Part shown: piece after piece, positions 9,273 through 18,568 of the stretch
Numbering within the stretch: the first letter of the stretch is position 1
Layout: each line of letters starts with the position of its first letter
Source: Minisyncoccota bacterium
GTDB lineage: Bacteria > Patescibacteriota > Minisyncoccia > 2-02-FULL-40-12 > GWA2-44-9
DNA: 64,000 nucleotides
Direction of reading: 5' to 3'
Assembly: GCA_017992005.1 (NCBI GenBank)
Contig: JAGOPO010000001.1
Span: 4,646 to 68,645, forward strand
Notes under the pieces: generated by a model
Database searches by the model: none
What the model saw: the letters and a program-made list of their open reading frames with translations, nothing else
What the model was told of the DNA's origin: nothing
Position numbers and translations under genes: made by a program

Positions 9273-10973
9273 ATGAGAAATATGACCAAGGTATTATTGG
9301 CGCTGCTTGTGATTGTGGGGGGAATTGTATATTTCCCAAATCTACGCAGTGCATTTTATGAAGATGATATTCAGGTGATAGTGGAGAATCCCGGGATTCA
9401 GCAGTTCACACGTACGAGCGTTGCTAATTTATTTTTGCAGCCTATGACTGATGGTGATTCGGGGACTGCATTACTGTATCGACCACTAGCAATGATGACG
9501 TTTGCGGCCAATGTTCAATTGAGTGAAGCAAATACATTTACCTATCACGTCGTGAACAATCTTCTCCATATTTGTAATGCACTGTTGTTGTTCTTTTTAG
9601 TGCGCACACTTATGAGGGGGGTGAATCTTGATTTGCCCGCAGCACACTTCAATATTCTTGCTGGTCTTTCAACAATTCTTTGGCTTATTCACCCGCTGCA
9701 AAGTGAGGCCGTTTCGTCCATTTCGGGAAGAGCTGATTTACTTGCATTTTTGTTTATTCAAATTGGAATGCTTCTACTGCTTCGCGGCACTGTCTGGCAA
9801 TATCGAGTTGGTGCGGGAGGTGCGATGGTTCTTGCTCTGATGTCGCATGAGTCTGCTATTTTATTTCCTGTCTATGTTGTATCCGCCCTGATAGCTACTC
9901 GTGCCAAAGACGAATCACTGTCCTCATCGGTGCGTGCTGTTGCAAGAGTGACATGGCCGTTCGTTGCGCTTGCGCTTCTTTACGGACTATTTCGTTCGAC
10001 AGTATTGAAGCTGCCTTCGGAATTTTTTGGGTATACACTTAGTCATGCAGCGGCGTTTTTTGAGTATATCCGCTTAGTGGTGGTGCCAACGGCGCTTCAT
10101 CCGGAGAGAACGATACCATTGGCAGCTAGTAGCGCTGTGTGGGCGGGGATGGCGTTGCTTGTGCTTTTTGCAGCACTGATTGTCGTCGCATGGAGGCGTG
10201 GCTACCGGAGTATAATCGTTCCTGCAGGTTTCATCGCGCTTCCTCTTTTACTCGTCTTTGGATTCTCAGCCGGCTCTAATGCGCGGATGCTTGAGCATTG
10301 GATGTATGTCCCATTGGCGGGGTTGAGTATAGTGATTGGTGGTATGGGTGGTGCGCTATATTACATCGTGAGGCAGAAATCACGCATCGCTGCAATGCTT
10401 TTGTTTGTCGCGGTGTGCGCGGGGATTGGCGTCTATGGAGTTATGGCGTTTCGGCAAAATAAGCTATGGAGTCAATCAGAGCAGCTGCTTCTACGTATCG
10501 CGCACTTCGAGCCACAGAACGTGAGCTCAAGAATCGCGCTTGCGATATATTACGCGCAAGAGGAGAGCTTTGATCTTGTTGAGCAATATCTTCTGGATGC
10601 TGCCTTGTTGGATCCGTTTGATGCGAATATTCCGATGATGCTTGGCAATCTCAAGAGAAATACGGGGGCATATCCGAAGGCAATTGAATATTATGAGCAA
10701 GCAATTGCGCTAAATCCTGAGCTCGGATTTCCATACCGTAATCTCGCTGGAATATATATTCAGCAGGGAGACAAGGTGAAAGCTCTTCCGTTGCTCTTAA
10801 AACTTGAAGAAATTGATCCTTCAGATGTCGCCGCGCATTTCGCTGTTGCGCAGCTCTATTTTACAGCAGGCAAGAAATCGGAAGCACTCAAAGCGCTTGA
10901 GCGTGGTATTCCGTATCTTCAATCGCCAGATGCAGCCGCTGCTTATGAGCAGCTCCTCAGAAAACTGCAGTAG
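9273..10973 (+). CDS. TMTC/PMT-like GT-C family protein O-glycosyl(mannosyl)transferase homolog: polytopic N-terminal domain (DUF1736-like) plus C-terminal TPR repeats
   Basis: First-loop motif FYEDDIQVIVENP and YRPLAMMTFAANVQL are typical of TMTC/DUF1736 proteins; about 9 TM helices; C-terminal TPR-like repeats (AIEYYEQAIALNPE..., AHFAVAQLYFTAGK...). Confidence 0.7.
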   Translation: MRNMTKVLLALLVIVGGIVYFPNLRSAFYEDDIQVIVENPGIQQFTRTSVANLFLQPMTDGDSGTALLYRPLAMMTFAANVQLSEANTFTYHVVNNLLHICNALLLFFLVRTLMRGVNLDLPAAHFNILAGLSTILWLIHPLQSEAVSSISGRADLLAFLFIQIGMLLLLRGTVWQYRVGAGGAMVLALMSHESAILFPVYVVSALIATRAKDESLSSSVRAVARVTWPFVALALLYGLFRSTVLKLPSEFFGYTLSHAAAFFEYIRLVVVPTALHPERTIPLAASSAVWAGMALLVLFAALIVVAWRRGYRSIIVPAGFIALPLLLVFGFSAGSNARMLEHWMYVPLAGLSIVIGGMGGALYYIVRQKSRIAAMLLFVAVCAGIGVYGVMAFRQNKLWSQSEQLLLRIAHFEPQNVSSRIALAIYYAQEESFDLVEQYLLDAALLDPFDANIPMMLGNLKRNTGAYPKAIEYYEQAIALNPELGFPYRNLAGIYIQQGDKVKALPLLLKLEEIDPSDVAAHFAVAQLYFTAGKKSEALKALERGIPYLQSPDAAAAYEQLLRKLQ

Positions 10974-10974
10974 G

Positions 10975-12147
10975 CTATTTCAAGAGATTAGCATACTGCG
11001 CGATCATTGATTGCGTGGTGTACGTATCGAGGGCTGTGTGGCTAGCGTTCACCGCGAGGGCGGCTTTCAATTCTTGGTTTGCGGTAAGTCGGATCACAGC
11101 GCGTGCGATATCTTGCGGGTTGCCAGGATCACAGAGAATCCCATTTTTCCCGTCATCGATAATCTCCGAAACGGCTCCAACGCGAGTCGTTATCACTGGC
11201 ACGTTGGCCGCCATAGCCTCCAATAGGGCCCAGGGGAAACCTTCTTTGACAGATGGGAGTACGAATAGGTCGAATGCCTTGAGGTACCTCCATGCGTCTG
11301 GGAGGCGACCAATGAGAAAAAAACGACGCTGTATATTAAGGGCCTCTATCGTTCGTTGAAGCTCCTGTCGAAGTGGGCCATCTCCGACGACAACGTATTG
11401 AATGCTGTCCGGGGTTGCAGCAGCTGCTTCAATAAGCGTGGCGATGCCTTTTGTTGCGTATAAATTGGCAATGGTGCCCACGAGCTGCGAGGATGACGAC
11501 AGGTGACCTTGAGGGAGGTGCTTTTGGAGGGCGGCACGCGCTTCATCCCGAGTGAGAAATGGCAAATCAGTATCGATGCCGTTGTAGATACGGATAATCT
11601 GTTTTCTGGGTTTGATGCCAAGCGCGATTGCTTGCTTGAGATCGTGGGTGTTGTTGACGACGATGACATCCTTCCAAGATGCCGAGAGTTTTTCCATGAC
11701 AATGTAAAGCCTCTTTTTCCATGCGGGGATGGGGTCATTAAATGACCAGCCACCAATTCGGTATATGACCTTGAGCTGAGCGTGTTGTTTGCGTAGTCCG
11801 TGCGCTGCTCGAGAGCCAACAAATCCCGCCTTGCTCGACATGCAGAGCACGATATCCGGTCGAAAAGCACGCATCATCGTGCGCAGTTCACTCACAGCGA
11901 GCGCGTCGTGGAGGGGAGAGATCGAGCGAACAAGATGACGAGCCACCGCATGAGTGACCGATGCAGGAAGGAGACGAGCTAGGTCGTTACCCGTATGCTG
12001 GCCCCAGACGACATGAATGGTGTGCTTTGATGGATTGAGGTGTAGCGCTAGTTGCGCGAGAAATCGCTGGGCGCCACCTTCTTCGCCCTGCGTGATAACA
12101 CAGAATATTCTACGCTTTGTCGTGGTTGTAGTTGCTTCGGAAGGCAT
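10975..12147 (-). CDS. Glycosyltransferase family 4 (GT-B)
   Basis: C-terminal EGFPWALLEAMAANVPVITTRVGAVSEIIDDGKNGIL motif (E-x7-E GT4 signature). Confidence 0.85.
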   Translation of the reverse strand: MPSEATTTTTKRRIFCVITQGEEGGAQRFLAQLALHLNPSKHTIHVVWGQHTGNDLARLLPASVTHAVARHLVRSISPLHDALAVSELRTMMRAFRPDIVLCMSSKAGFVGSRAAHGLRKQHAQLKVIYRIGGWSFNDPIPAWKKRLYIVMEKLSASWKDVIVVNNTHDLKQAIALGIKPRKQIIRIYNGIDTDLPFLTRDEARAALQKHLPQGHLSSSSQLVGTIANLYATKGIATLIEAAAATPDSIQYVVVGDGPLRQELQRTIEALNIQRRFFLIGRLPDAWRYLKAFDLFVLPSVKEGFPWALLEAMAANVPVITTRVGAVSEIIDDGKNGILCDPGNPQDIARAVIRLTANQELKAALAVNASHTALDTYTTQSMIAQYANLLK

Positions 12148-12205
12148 AGCGGAGTACGCTCAGTGATGCTAGAATACCACAACATTCCAATTGATATAGA
12201 GCTCT

Positions 12206-13312
12206 ATGCGACCACGTATTCTCTTATTCTCGACAGCATATCTTCCACACATTGGAGGCAGTGAGTTGGCAATTTACCACATCGCGCGGTTTCTTCCCGA
12301 CTATGATATCGATCTGGTAACCGGAAGACTCGATAGCTCCGATGCGACAATGGAGTACATAAATCGAGTTCGTGTTTTCCGTGCCGGCGGAAGATGGTCG
12401 CGGCTTTCACTCTTGGTGCCAAAATTTCTGATGCCGATTGCGATGGCTATCACTGCGTATCGACTAACCAAAAAGTATCGATATAGCGTATTGCATGCGT
12501 ACCAGGCATCGCAGGCAGCAGTAGCGGCCGCTATCGTGAATGCATTTTGTCCAAGCATACCTCTGATCATCACACTGCAAGAGGGTAAGATTCTCAAGCA
12601 GCAACCGTGGCTTACGCAAACAATACGCGCATTCATCTTGCGTCGTGCGCGTATGATTACCGCGATTAGCAATTATCTAGCCGACTATGCAGGAAGCGTT
12701 TCTCGTGCGCCCGTTGTGGTTATTCCCAACGGAGTTGACGTGGGCGCGATGTATCACCCGGAAATTGTACGCGATGCTCATCGTATTGTGACCGTTTCGC
12801 GTTTAGTGGAAAAAAATAATGTCGAAGGCATTTTGCGGGCGATGGTTCATGTGCGGGAGCGCTTTCCGTTGGCGAAGCTACTTATTGCGGGCGATGGCCC
12901 CATGAAAGCGAGCCTGATGGGCCTTTCGTCGGATCTCGGCATCGCTGGTAGTGTTGAATTTCGAGGATTTGTGGCTCATAAAAATTTGGGAGAGATATTG
13001 AGCTCTGCTTCGATCTTTGCGCGCCCGTCCTTGAGCGAGGGGCTAGGATCAGCATTTCTCGAAGCGATGGCGGCGCACACGGCTATTGTCGCATCTTCAG
13101 TGGGTGGTATTCCTGATATCGTAGAAGATGGTGTCACGGGGCTGCTGTGCGATCCGCGTAATCCACACGATATTGCGCGTGCAATCATGACGCTCTTAGA
13201 GCAAGAGCAAACTCGCACCGAAATCGTTGAACGAGCAGATGCATTTGTGAAAAAATATGACTGGTCATCCATCGCATGGCGCATGTCAAAACTCTACGCT
13301 TCAATCGCATGA
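12206..13312 (+). CDS. Glycosyltransferase family 4
   Basis: EGLGSAFLEAMAAHTAIVASSVGGIPDIVEDGVTGLL motif. Confidence 0.85.
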   Translation: MRPRILLFSTAYLPHIGGSELAIYHIARFLPDYDIDLVTGRLDSSDATMEYINRVRVFRAGGRWSRLSLLVPKFLMPIAMAITAYRLTKKYRYSVLHAYQASQAAVAAAIVNAFCPSIPLIITLQEGKILKQQPWLTQTIRAFILRRARMITAISNYLADYAGSVSRAPVVVIPNGVDVGAMYHPEIVRDAHRIVTVSRLVEKNNVEGILRAMVHVRERFPLAKLLIAGDGPMKASLMGLSSDLGIAGSVEFRGFVAHKNLGEILSSASIFARPSLSEGLGSAFLEAMAAHTAIVASSVGGIPDIVEDGVTGLLCDPRNPHDIARAIMTLLEQEQTRTEIVERADAFVKKYDWSSIAWRMSKLYASIA

Positions 13313-14475
13313 AATCGCTTTGTATCGCAACCGGAATATTTGCTCCAGATATCGGAGGCCCAGCATCGTATGCAGCCTCGCTAGCAGCGCGATTATCAGA
13401 TGACGGCGTTCGTGTTGAGATTATTACGTATTCCAGTGTCCGAAGATTTTCTGGTGATAATCAATCGGGGTATCGTATTCATAGAATCTGGTCGGGTTGG
13501 CCGTGGGGGATTCGGCATGGCATCTACTTTCTGCGAAGTCTCATTGTAGTGAGTCGATGCGATGCTGTTCTTGCGCTCAATGCTGTCTCGGCTGGCGTTC
13601 CTGCGGCTCGTGCTGCGCGACTCTTCGGAAAGCCATATATTGTGCGTATTGCAGGAGACTACGCCTGGGAAATCGCTGTGCAAACTGCCGCGACATACCT
13701 CATGATTAATGAGTTCCAAAAATCCCCGAAGCAAGGGCGGATTCGGCGACTCCATGAGGCTCAAAAATCCATGGTGAGTCGAGCGAATGCCGTCATTGTG
13801 CCTTCTGAGTATCTCGCTGGTATCGTGCGCTCGTGGGGCGCCCCTGATGAGCGTGTTCACGTTATCTACAATGGAGTAGATCTTCCAGGCTATGAAGGGT
13901 CCAAAGAAGATGCGCGTCGCACAATTGGCGTGTCAGGCACCATCATTGTATCAGCGGGTCGTCTCGTGCCATGGAAGGGATTTCGCATGCTCATAAAAAT
14001 TATGCCTCAATTATCGCAGGTGAATCAATTCTTTCGCTTGGTTATCGTAGGTGACGGGCCAGATTTGGCAATGCTTCAATCGGTTATTCGAAATCTTGGA
14101 TTAGAGCGAAAGGTGACACTTGCGGGGCGAAAGTCGTCACGTGAGCTGGCGGTATATCTCGCGGCAGCAGATATGTTCGTGCTCAATACGGGCTATGAAG
14201 GATTTTCCCATCAAGTACTCGAGGCGATGCAAGCTGGCGTTCCCGTTATCACGACGACATCAGGGGGTAATCCGGAAGTCATAACGCAAGGGGAAAATGG
14301 CTTGATGGTCAGATACAATGATGAATTCAATCTCGTCGAAGCAATCAAGGCTCTTTCGAAGCAGGCAGAACTTCGCGAGCAATTTATTATCCAAGGGAAA
14401 AAGTCGGTTGAAGTCTTTAGTATCGAAAAGATGTACCAACAAACGAAACAGCTGCTCGAACGACTTTCGCCATGA
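13309..14475 (+). CDS. Glycosyltransferase family 4
   Basis: ATGA start/stop overlap with the upstream gene; MKSLCIATGIFAPDIGGPASY N-terminus; EGFSHQVLEAMQAGVPVITTTSGGNPEVI motif. Confidence 0.8.
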   Translation: MKSLCIATGIFAPDIGGPASYAASLAARLSDDGVRVEIITYSSVRRFSGDNQSGYRIHRIWSGWPWGIRHGIYFLRSLIVVSRCDAVLALNAVSAGVPAARAARLFGKPYIVRIAGDYAWEIAVQTAATYLMINEFQKSPKQGRIRRLHEAQKSMVSRANAVIVPSEYLAGIVRSWGAPDERVHVIYNGVDLPGYEGSKEDARRTIGVSGTIIVSAGRLVPWKGFRMLIKIMPQLSQVNQFFRLVIVGDGPDLAMLQSVIRNLGLERKVTLAGRKSSRELAVYLAAADMFVLNTGYEGFSHQVLEAMQAGVPVITTTSGGNPEVITQGENGLMVRYNDEFNLVEAIKALSKQAELREQFIIQGKKSVEVFSIEKMYQQTKQLLERLSP

Positions 14476-15557
14476 AGTTACTCATGATTAGCGGTGACCG
14501 CACGTTAGCATCCGGAAAGCAGGGTGCATTCTATAATACGCTGGAGGAGCTCCACACGCATTTCGAGCGCATCGATATCATCTGTCCTCGCGTATCGGTG
14601 CAAAGGTACAACATGGTTGTATTTGGCAATGTATATGTCCATCCATCGCCATTGCCGCTTGTACTGCAACCTTTGTGGATTTGGTTCAATGGTAAGCAAT
14701 TAATTCATAGACTTCAGCACGAGCTTATGACGGTGCATGAGTATCCACCCTTCTACAATGGCTTGGGGGCTCGACTAGTGAACTACGCGACAAAGGTGCC
14801 GTATGTCTTGGAGCTATTTCATATACCAGGTGTGCCACGGGCGTCAGGGCTCAAAGAGCACTTCTATCGGTGGCTCACGAGGCAGATTATCTCGTGGGAC
14901 GCGGCTCCTGCGCGTGTAGTGCGGGTTATGAATCAACGACAGGTGCCCGCATTCCTGCAAGACGCGGGGGTGCCGCCCCAGAAGATCCGTACTATTTCTG
15001 CTGTGTACGTTGATACAAATGTATTCACGTTTCATGATAAGCCCAAGCTCTACGATGTGGCATTTGTAGGCCGCATGGCATCCAATAAGGGGCTCAATTT
15101 GTATCTTGATGTAATCGAGAAATTAGGATGTGTTGGTGTGGCTGTAGGCGATGGGCCGCTGCTTTCATGGGCGTGTCGCCAGGCAAAACGGCGTGGATTA
15201 AAAATTCATTTTCCTGGATTCGCCGTCGACAGTACCGAGGTGGCTCGATATCTCAATGAGTCGCGAGTGCTTCTTATGCCATCGTTGAATGAAGGGGGCC
15301 CTCGTATTGTGGTGGAGTCCCTCGCATGCGGAACTCCCGTAGTGGCGACACCCGTTGGTATTGTTGAAGATGTGCTTCCACCAGAGTGTATCGAGGAATG
15401 GAATACTGCTGACTTAGCCGATAAGGTTCGTAATATTTTGGAAGATGCAACGCTCTATCGGCGATTGAGTGAGCAAGGCATCGCAACCGCTCAACAATTT
15501 GAGCGCACGAAAGCAATCGCGCATCTCGCTGATACTTTAAAATCGCTGGTGTCATGA
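14472..15557 (+). CDS. Glycosyltransferase family 4-like
   Basis: LMPSLNEGGPRIVVESLACGTPVVATPVGIVEDVL; 4-nt overlap with the upstream gene. Confidence 0.75.
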   Translation: MKLLMISGDRTLASGKQGAFYNTLEELHTHFERIDIICPRVSVQRYNMVVFGNVYVHPSPLPLVLQPLWIWFNGKQLIHRLQHELMTVHEYPPFYNGLGARLVNYATKVPYVLELFHIPGVPRASGLKEHFYRWLTRQIISWDAAPARVVRVMNQRQVPAFLQDAGVPPQKIRTISAVYVDTNVFTFHDKPKLYDVAFVGRMASNKGLNLYLDVIEKLGCVGVAVGDGPLLSWACRQAKRRGLKIHFPGFAVDSTEVARYLNESRVLLMPSLNEGGPRIVVESLACGTPVVATPVGIVEDVLPPECIEEWNTADLADKVRNILEDATLYRRLSEQGIATAQQFERTKAIAHLADTLKSLVS

Positions 15558-16588
15558 AGCGCTTACTTATTATTACCCAAAAAGTCGATGAACAAGATGA
15601 CTTGCTAGGTTTTTTTGTTGCCTGGATACGCGAATTTTCTCGTCTGTGGGATTCAGTGACCGTGATTACACTTGGCGTTGGTGTTCATACATTGCCTTCG
15701 AATGTCCGGATTCTATCGCTCGGCAAGGAGCGAGGCTCTAGCAAGTTCTCTCGAGCGATTTCTTTTGGGGCACACTGCATACGTGAAATTCCACGACACG
15801 ATGTAGTTTTTGCCCATATGTCTCCTGTTTTCGCTATAGCAGCCGCCCCACTAACGAAGCTGTTTCAAAAAAAACTTATCCTTTGGTACCTTCACCGTTC
15901 TGCTACGATAAAGCTCAAGCTCGCAATCGCTCTCGCGGACAAGCTCGTCACCGCCGATACGCAGAGCCTAACGATTCGGAATTCCAAGATAGTTGCCGTG
16001 GGGCACGGCATAGACGTTCAGCGTTTTTCGAATCCACAACGAGTAGCACCAGCGAATAGACCGATACGTATTTTGTCGGTAGGGCGCGTCTCGCCAATTA
16101 AGGGCTTTGAGACTCTATTGCGTGCTGTGCATGTTTTGCGAAAGAACGGATTCGTCTGTGAGATTCGTATTGTTGGCGCTCCGGTAATGAAGGGGGATGC
16201 AGAATACGCAGGCTCACTACACGCTCTCATTCAAAATCTGGAAATATCGGACATAGTAACTATGATCGGATTTGTTCCCTACGCCGATATGCCGAAGCAA
16301 TACGCGTGGGCTGATGTTGTTGCTGGGTGTACGCCACCTGGGGGAATAGATAAGGTTCTTTTAGAGGCTATGGCAGCTGGGTGTATCGTGATGACATCTA
16401 ATGGCGTAATGGGGGCGCATCTGACTCCCTACGCAGATCAGCTAGTCTTTCCGGCCGGTGACAGTGAACGACTAGCGCAACTTCTTAATTCATTGCATGA
16501 ATACGACGAGCTCTCGCGTGCGATGGTGGTTGCCGCACAGCGCTATACGGTGGAATCAGTAGTCAAAAATATATCAGCACTTGTTTAG
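15554..16588 (+). CDS. Glycosyltransferase family 4-like
   Basis: GT-B C-terminal block GGIDKVLLEAMAAGCIVMTSNGV; overlaps the upstream stop. Confidence 0.7.
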   Translation: MKRLLIITQKVDEQDDLLGFFVAWIREFSRLWDSVTVITLGVGVHTLPSNVRILSLGKERGSSKFSRAISFGAHCIREIPRHDVVFAHMSPVFAIAAAPLTKLFQKKLILWYLHRSATIKLKLAIALADKLVTADTQSLTIRNSKIVAVGHGIDVQRFSNPQRVAPANRPIRILSVGRVSPIKGFETLLRAVHVLRKNGFVCEIRIVGAPVMKGDAEYAGSLHALIQNLEISDIVTMIGFVPYADMPKQYAWADVVAGCTPPGGIDKVLLEAMAAGCIVMTSNGVMGAHLTPYADQLVFPAGDSERLAQLLNSLHEYDELSRAMVVAAQRYTVESVVKNISALV

Positions 16589-16596
16589 AAAATTAT

Positions 16597-16650
16597 AAAT
16601 CCTCGCATACTATTTTATACTCATGATAAATAGTATTCATGCGAGGATTT
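16597..16650. terminator. Long imperfect palindrome (aaatcctcgcat...atgcgaggattt); likely a bidirectional terminator between the + strand GT operon and a - strand gene
   Basis: 12-bp perfect outer arms with a partially self-complementary AT-rich interior, seen directly. Confidence 0.55.
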
Positions 16651-16711
16651 TATGTATAGATTGCGCCATGCCATTGCACGCGTAATCTCAACCGACTACG
16701 AACGACTATGT

Positions 16712-17323
16712 TTACTTGGTTACTTTCGGCTTGAGGATGTGGCGTACGGCACGTGCCATGTCCTTTTCGGAGGTGCGTCGCCTCAGTGCGTCTCGGAACA
16801 ATGCTTGCGTTTCAGGTGTGGCGGGAGTCGTCACGCGAGCACTCGTGTGGCGCGGCACCTGCTGAGCTACAACGTAGAGCATCCCTCGTGCATTGCCTTT
16901 GAGGCGCGGCGTCGGGATGCACAATCGTTCGTCGCTGCAGGGTGATAGGAGCGTCACAAGGTTTGCTCTCCCGGAACGGCACACAAGACCCCAGGCTTCC
17001 TTCACTTCTTGCGGAAATGATGAGTATTCCGAGAAGTCGAGATACGGAGATCTCGTGCAGCTGCTTTCAGGATAGGCACTTCGAATCCACTCCTTGAGCC
17101 TGCTCGGAATGAACATCGCTTGAGGTCGTGATGACTCAAGCAGAATCAGCCCGTGATTGGCAAACACACGGAAATACCGATACACGAGGAATGCGAAGAT
17201 TTGACTTGCAACCCCGTATTCCGAGTGGTTCTTTGCCTGATTCGCCAACCGCATCAGCGCATCGATGTGCGCATCGCGGTCGCGATGCTTTCGCTTCAAT
17301 TTTTTAGGTGCAGTTTCGGACAT
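16712..17323 (-). CDS. Hypothetical basic protein (203 aa), independently transcribed on the opposite strand inside the glycosyltransferase cluster
   Basis: Own SD (AAGGAGGG 3 nt before the ATG), own canonical promoter, downstream hairpin; no recognisable family. Confidence 0.6.
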   Translation of the reverse strand: MSETAPKKLKRKHRDRDAHIDALMRLANQAKNHSEYGVASQIFAFLVYRYFRVFANHGLILLESSRPQAMFIPSRLKEWIRSAYPESSCTRSPYLDFSEYSSFPQEVKEAWGLVCRSGRANLVTLLSPCSDERLCIPTPRLKGNARGMLYVVAQQVPRHTSARVTTPATPETQALFRDALRRRTSEKDMARAVRHILKPKVTK

Positions 17324-17369
17324 GAGCCCTCCTTGGACTCTGAAGCCTCGTGATTGAGACTTATATTAT

Positions 17370-17398
17370 ATTATACCAAATTGGCAGATAGTCGTCAA
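17370..17398 (-). promoter_or_regulatory. Canonical sigma70 promoter TTGACG-17nt-TATAAT on the minus strand driving ORF 16712..17323
   Basis: Minus-strand -35 = plus 17393-17398, -10 = plus 17370-17375. Confidence 0.55.
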
Positions 17399-17434
17399 TA
17401 TCGTGAAGTGAAGCGAAAATGCTATATTTTGAGC

Positions 17435-18568
17435 ATGAAAGCACTTCATGCGGCGCTTAAATCAGCATTGTCGCAATCGGATTGCCACGCTGCCTTTGGT
17501 GCCGTGCCGTTACGAATTCTCTACGTCGGCTCGTATAAACAAACGTATCCGCGCAATAGGATATTTATTCATGGATTACGGCAAAACGGTGCCATAGTTA
17601 CCGAGTGCAATGAGAGTAGTGGGGGTCTTATGAAGTATCTTCGACTAGCGCTGCGCCTGTTCCGTTTGCGTGGGACGTACGATGTTATGCTCGTGGGATT
17701 TCCGGGGCAAGAGGTCATGTTCGTTGCTCGTCTTTTTGCTTCAGCTCCCATAGTATTTGATGTTTTCACGTCTCACTATATGGGATATATTCTTGATCGC
17801 GCATACTTTAAACCGGGTAGTTTCCGTGCGAGGGTATACCGTTTTCTTGATTATTGGTCATGTCGTTTTGCCGATATGATTATTCTTGATACGAATGCCC
17901 ACATCGATTTTTTTGTAAGCGAATTTAAGCTACCAAGGACTAAATTTCAGAGAATATTTCTTGGCGCAAATACTGATCTTCACGCCCCTCGTTCTCAGGA
18001 AAAGAATTCTCAAGAATGTACTGTTCTTTTTTGGGGAAGTTTTATTCCTCTGCAGGGAACAGAGTATATTTTAGAAGCTGCCCGACTACTTCGAGATGAA
18101 CGCATTCGATTTATCCTTATTGGTGACGGTCAGAAGCGAGCGCGGGATATTCAGGAGGCTCAGCGACTCCAGCTTACGAATATTCAGTTTCCTGGTAAGG
18201 TGAGCGACGATGTTCTCACCGATTACATTCGTAACGCGGATATCTGTTTAGGGGCATTTAGTATGGGGCAGAAGGCGGACATCACCATTCAGAATAAAAT
18301 TTTCGAAACACTTGCATCACGAAAACCACTTATTACGATGCGGACCACTGCTATCGAGGAACTGTTAACTGATGGCGAGCAGTGTCTATTCTGTGAAAAG
18401 GCGAGTCCCCACGATCTCGCCAAGAAAATTATCCTATTGCGAGACAATGCAATTCTGCGCGCTTCGCTTGCGGAGCGTGGGTATCAATTTTTCATGGAGC
18501 ATCTAACCGAAGAAAGTATTGGAAGAGAGTTGCTCGCTAAAATCAAGCTACTATGCAAGAAATCTTAA
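17435..18568 (+). CDS. Glycosyltransferase (GT-B, GT4-like)
   Basis: ILYVGSYKQTYPRNRIF N-terminal domain; C-terminal KIFETLASRKPLITMRTTAIEELLTDGEQCL; start chosen at the in-frame ATG (MKALHAAL); the TTG at 17354 is also possible. Confidence 0.65.
   Translation: MKALHAALKSALSQSDCHAAFGAVPLRILYVGSYKQTYPRNRIFIHGLRQNGAIVTECNESSGGLMKYLRLALRLFRLRGTYDVMLVGFPGQEVMFVARLFASAPIVFDVFTSHYMGYILDRAYFKPGSFRARVYRFLDYWSCRFADMIILDTNAHIDFFVSEFKLPRTKFQRIFLGANTDLHAPRSQEKNSQECTVLFWGSFIPLQGTEYILEAARLLRDERIRFILIGDGQKRARDIQEAQRLQLTNIQFPGKVSDDVLTDYIRNADICLGAFSMGQKADITIQNKIFETLASRKPLITMRTTAIEELLTDGEQCLFCEKASPHDLAKKIILLRDNAILRASLAERGYQFFMEHLTEESIGRELLAKIKLLCKKS

Noticed and set aside
16652-16945. 97-aa + strand ORF starting immediately after the palindromic terminator
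   Set aside because: Overlaps the better-supported minus-strand gene 16712..17323 (which has its own promoter and SD); no RBS.
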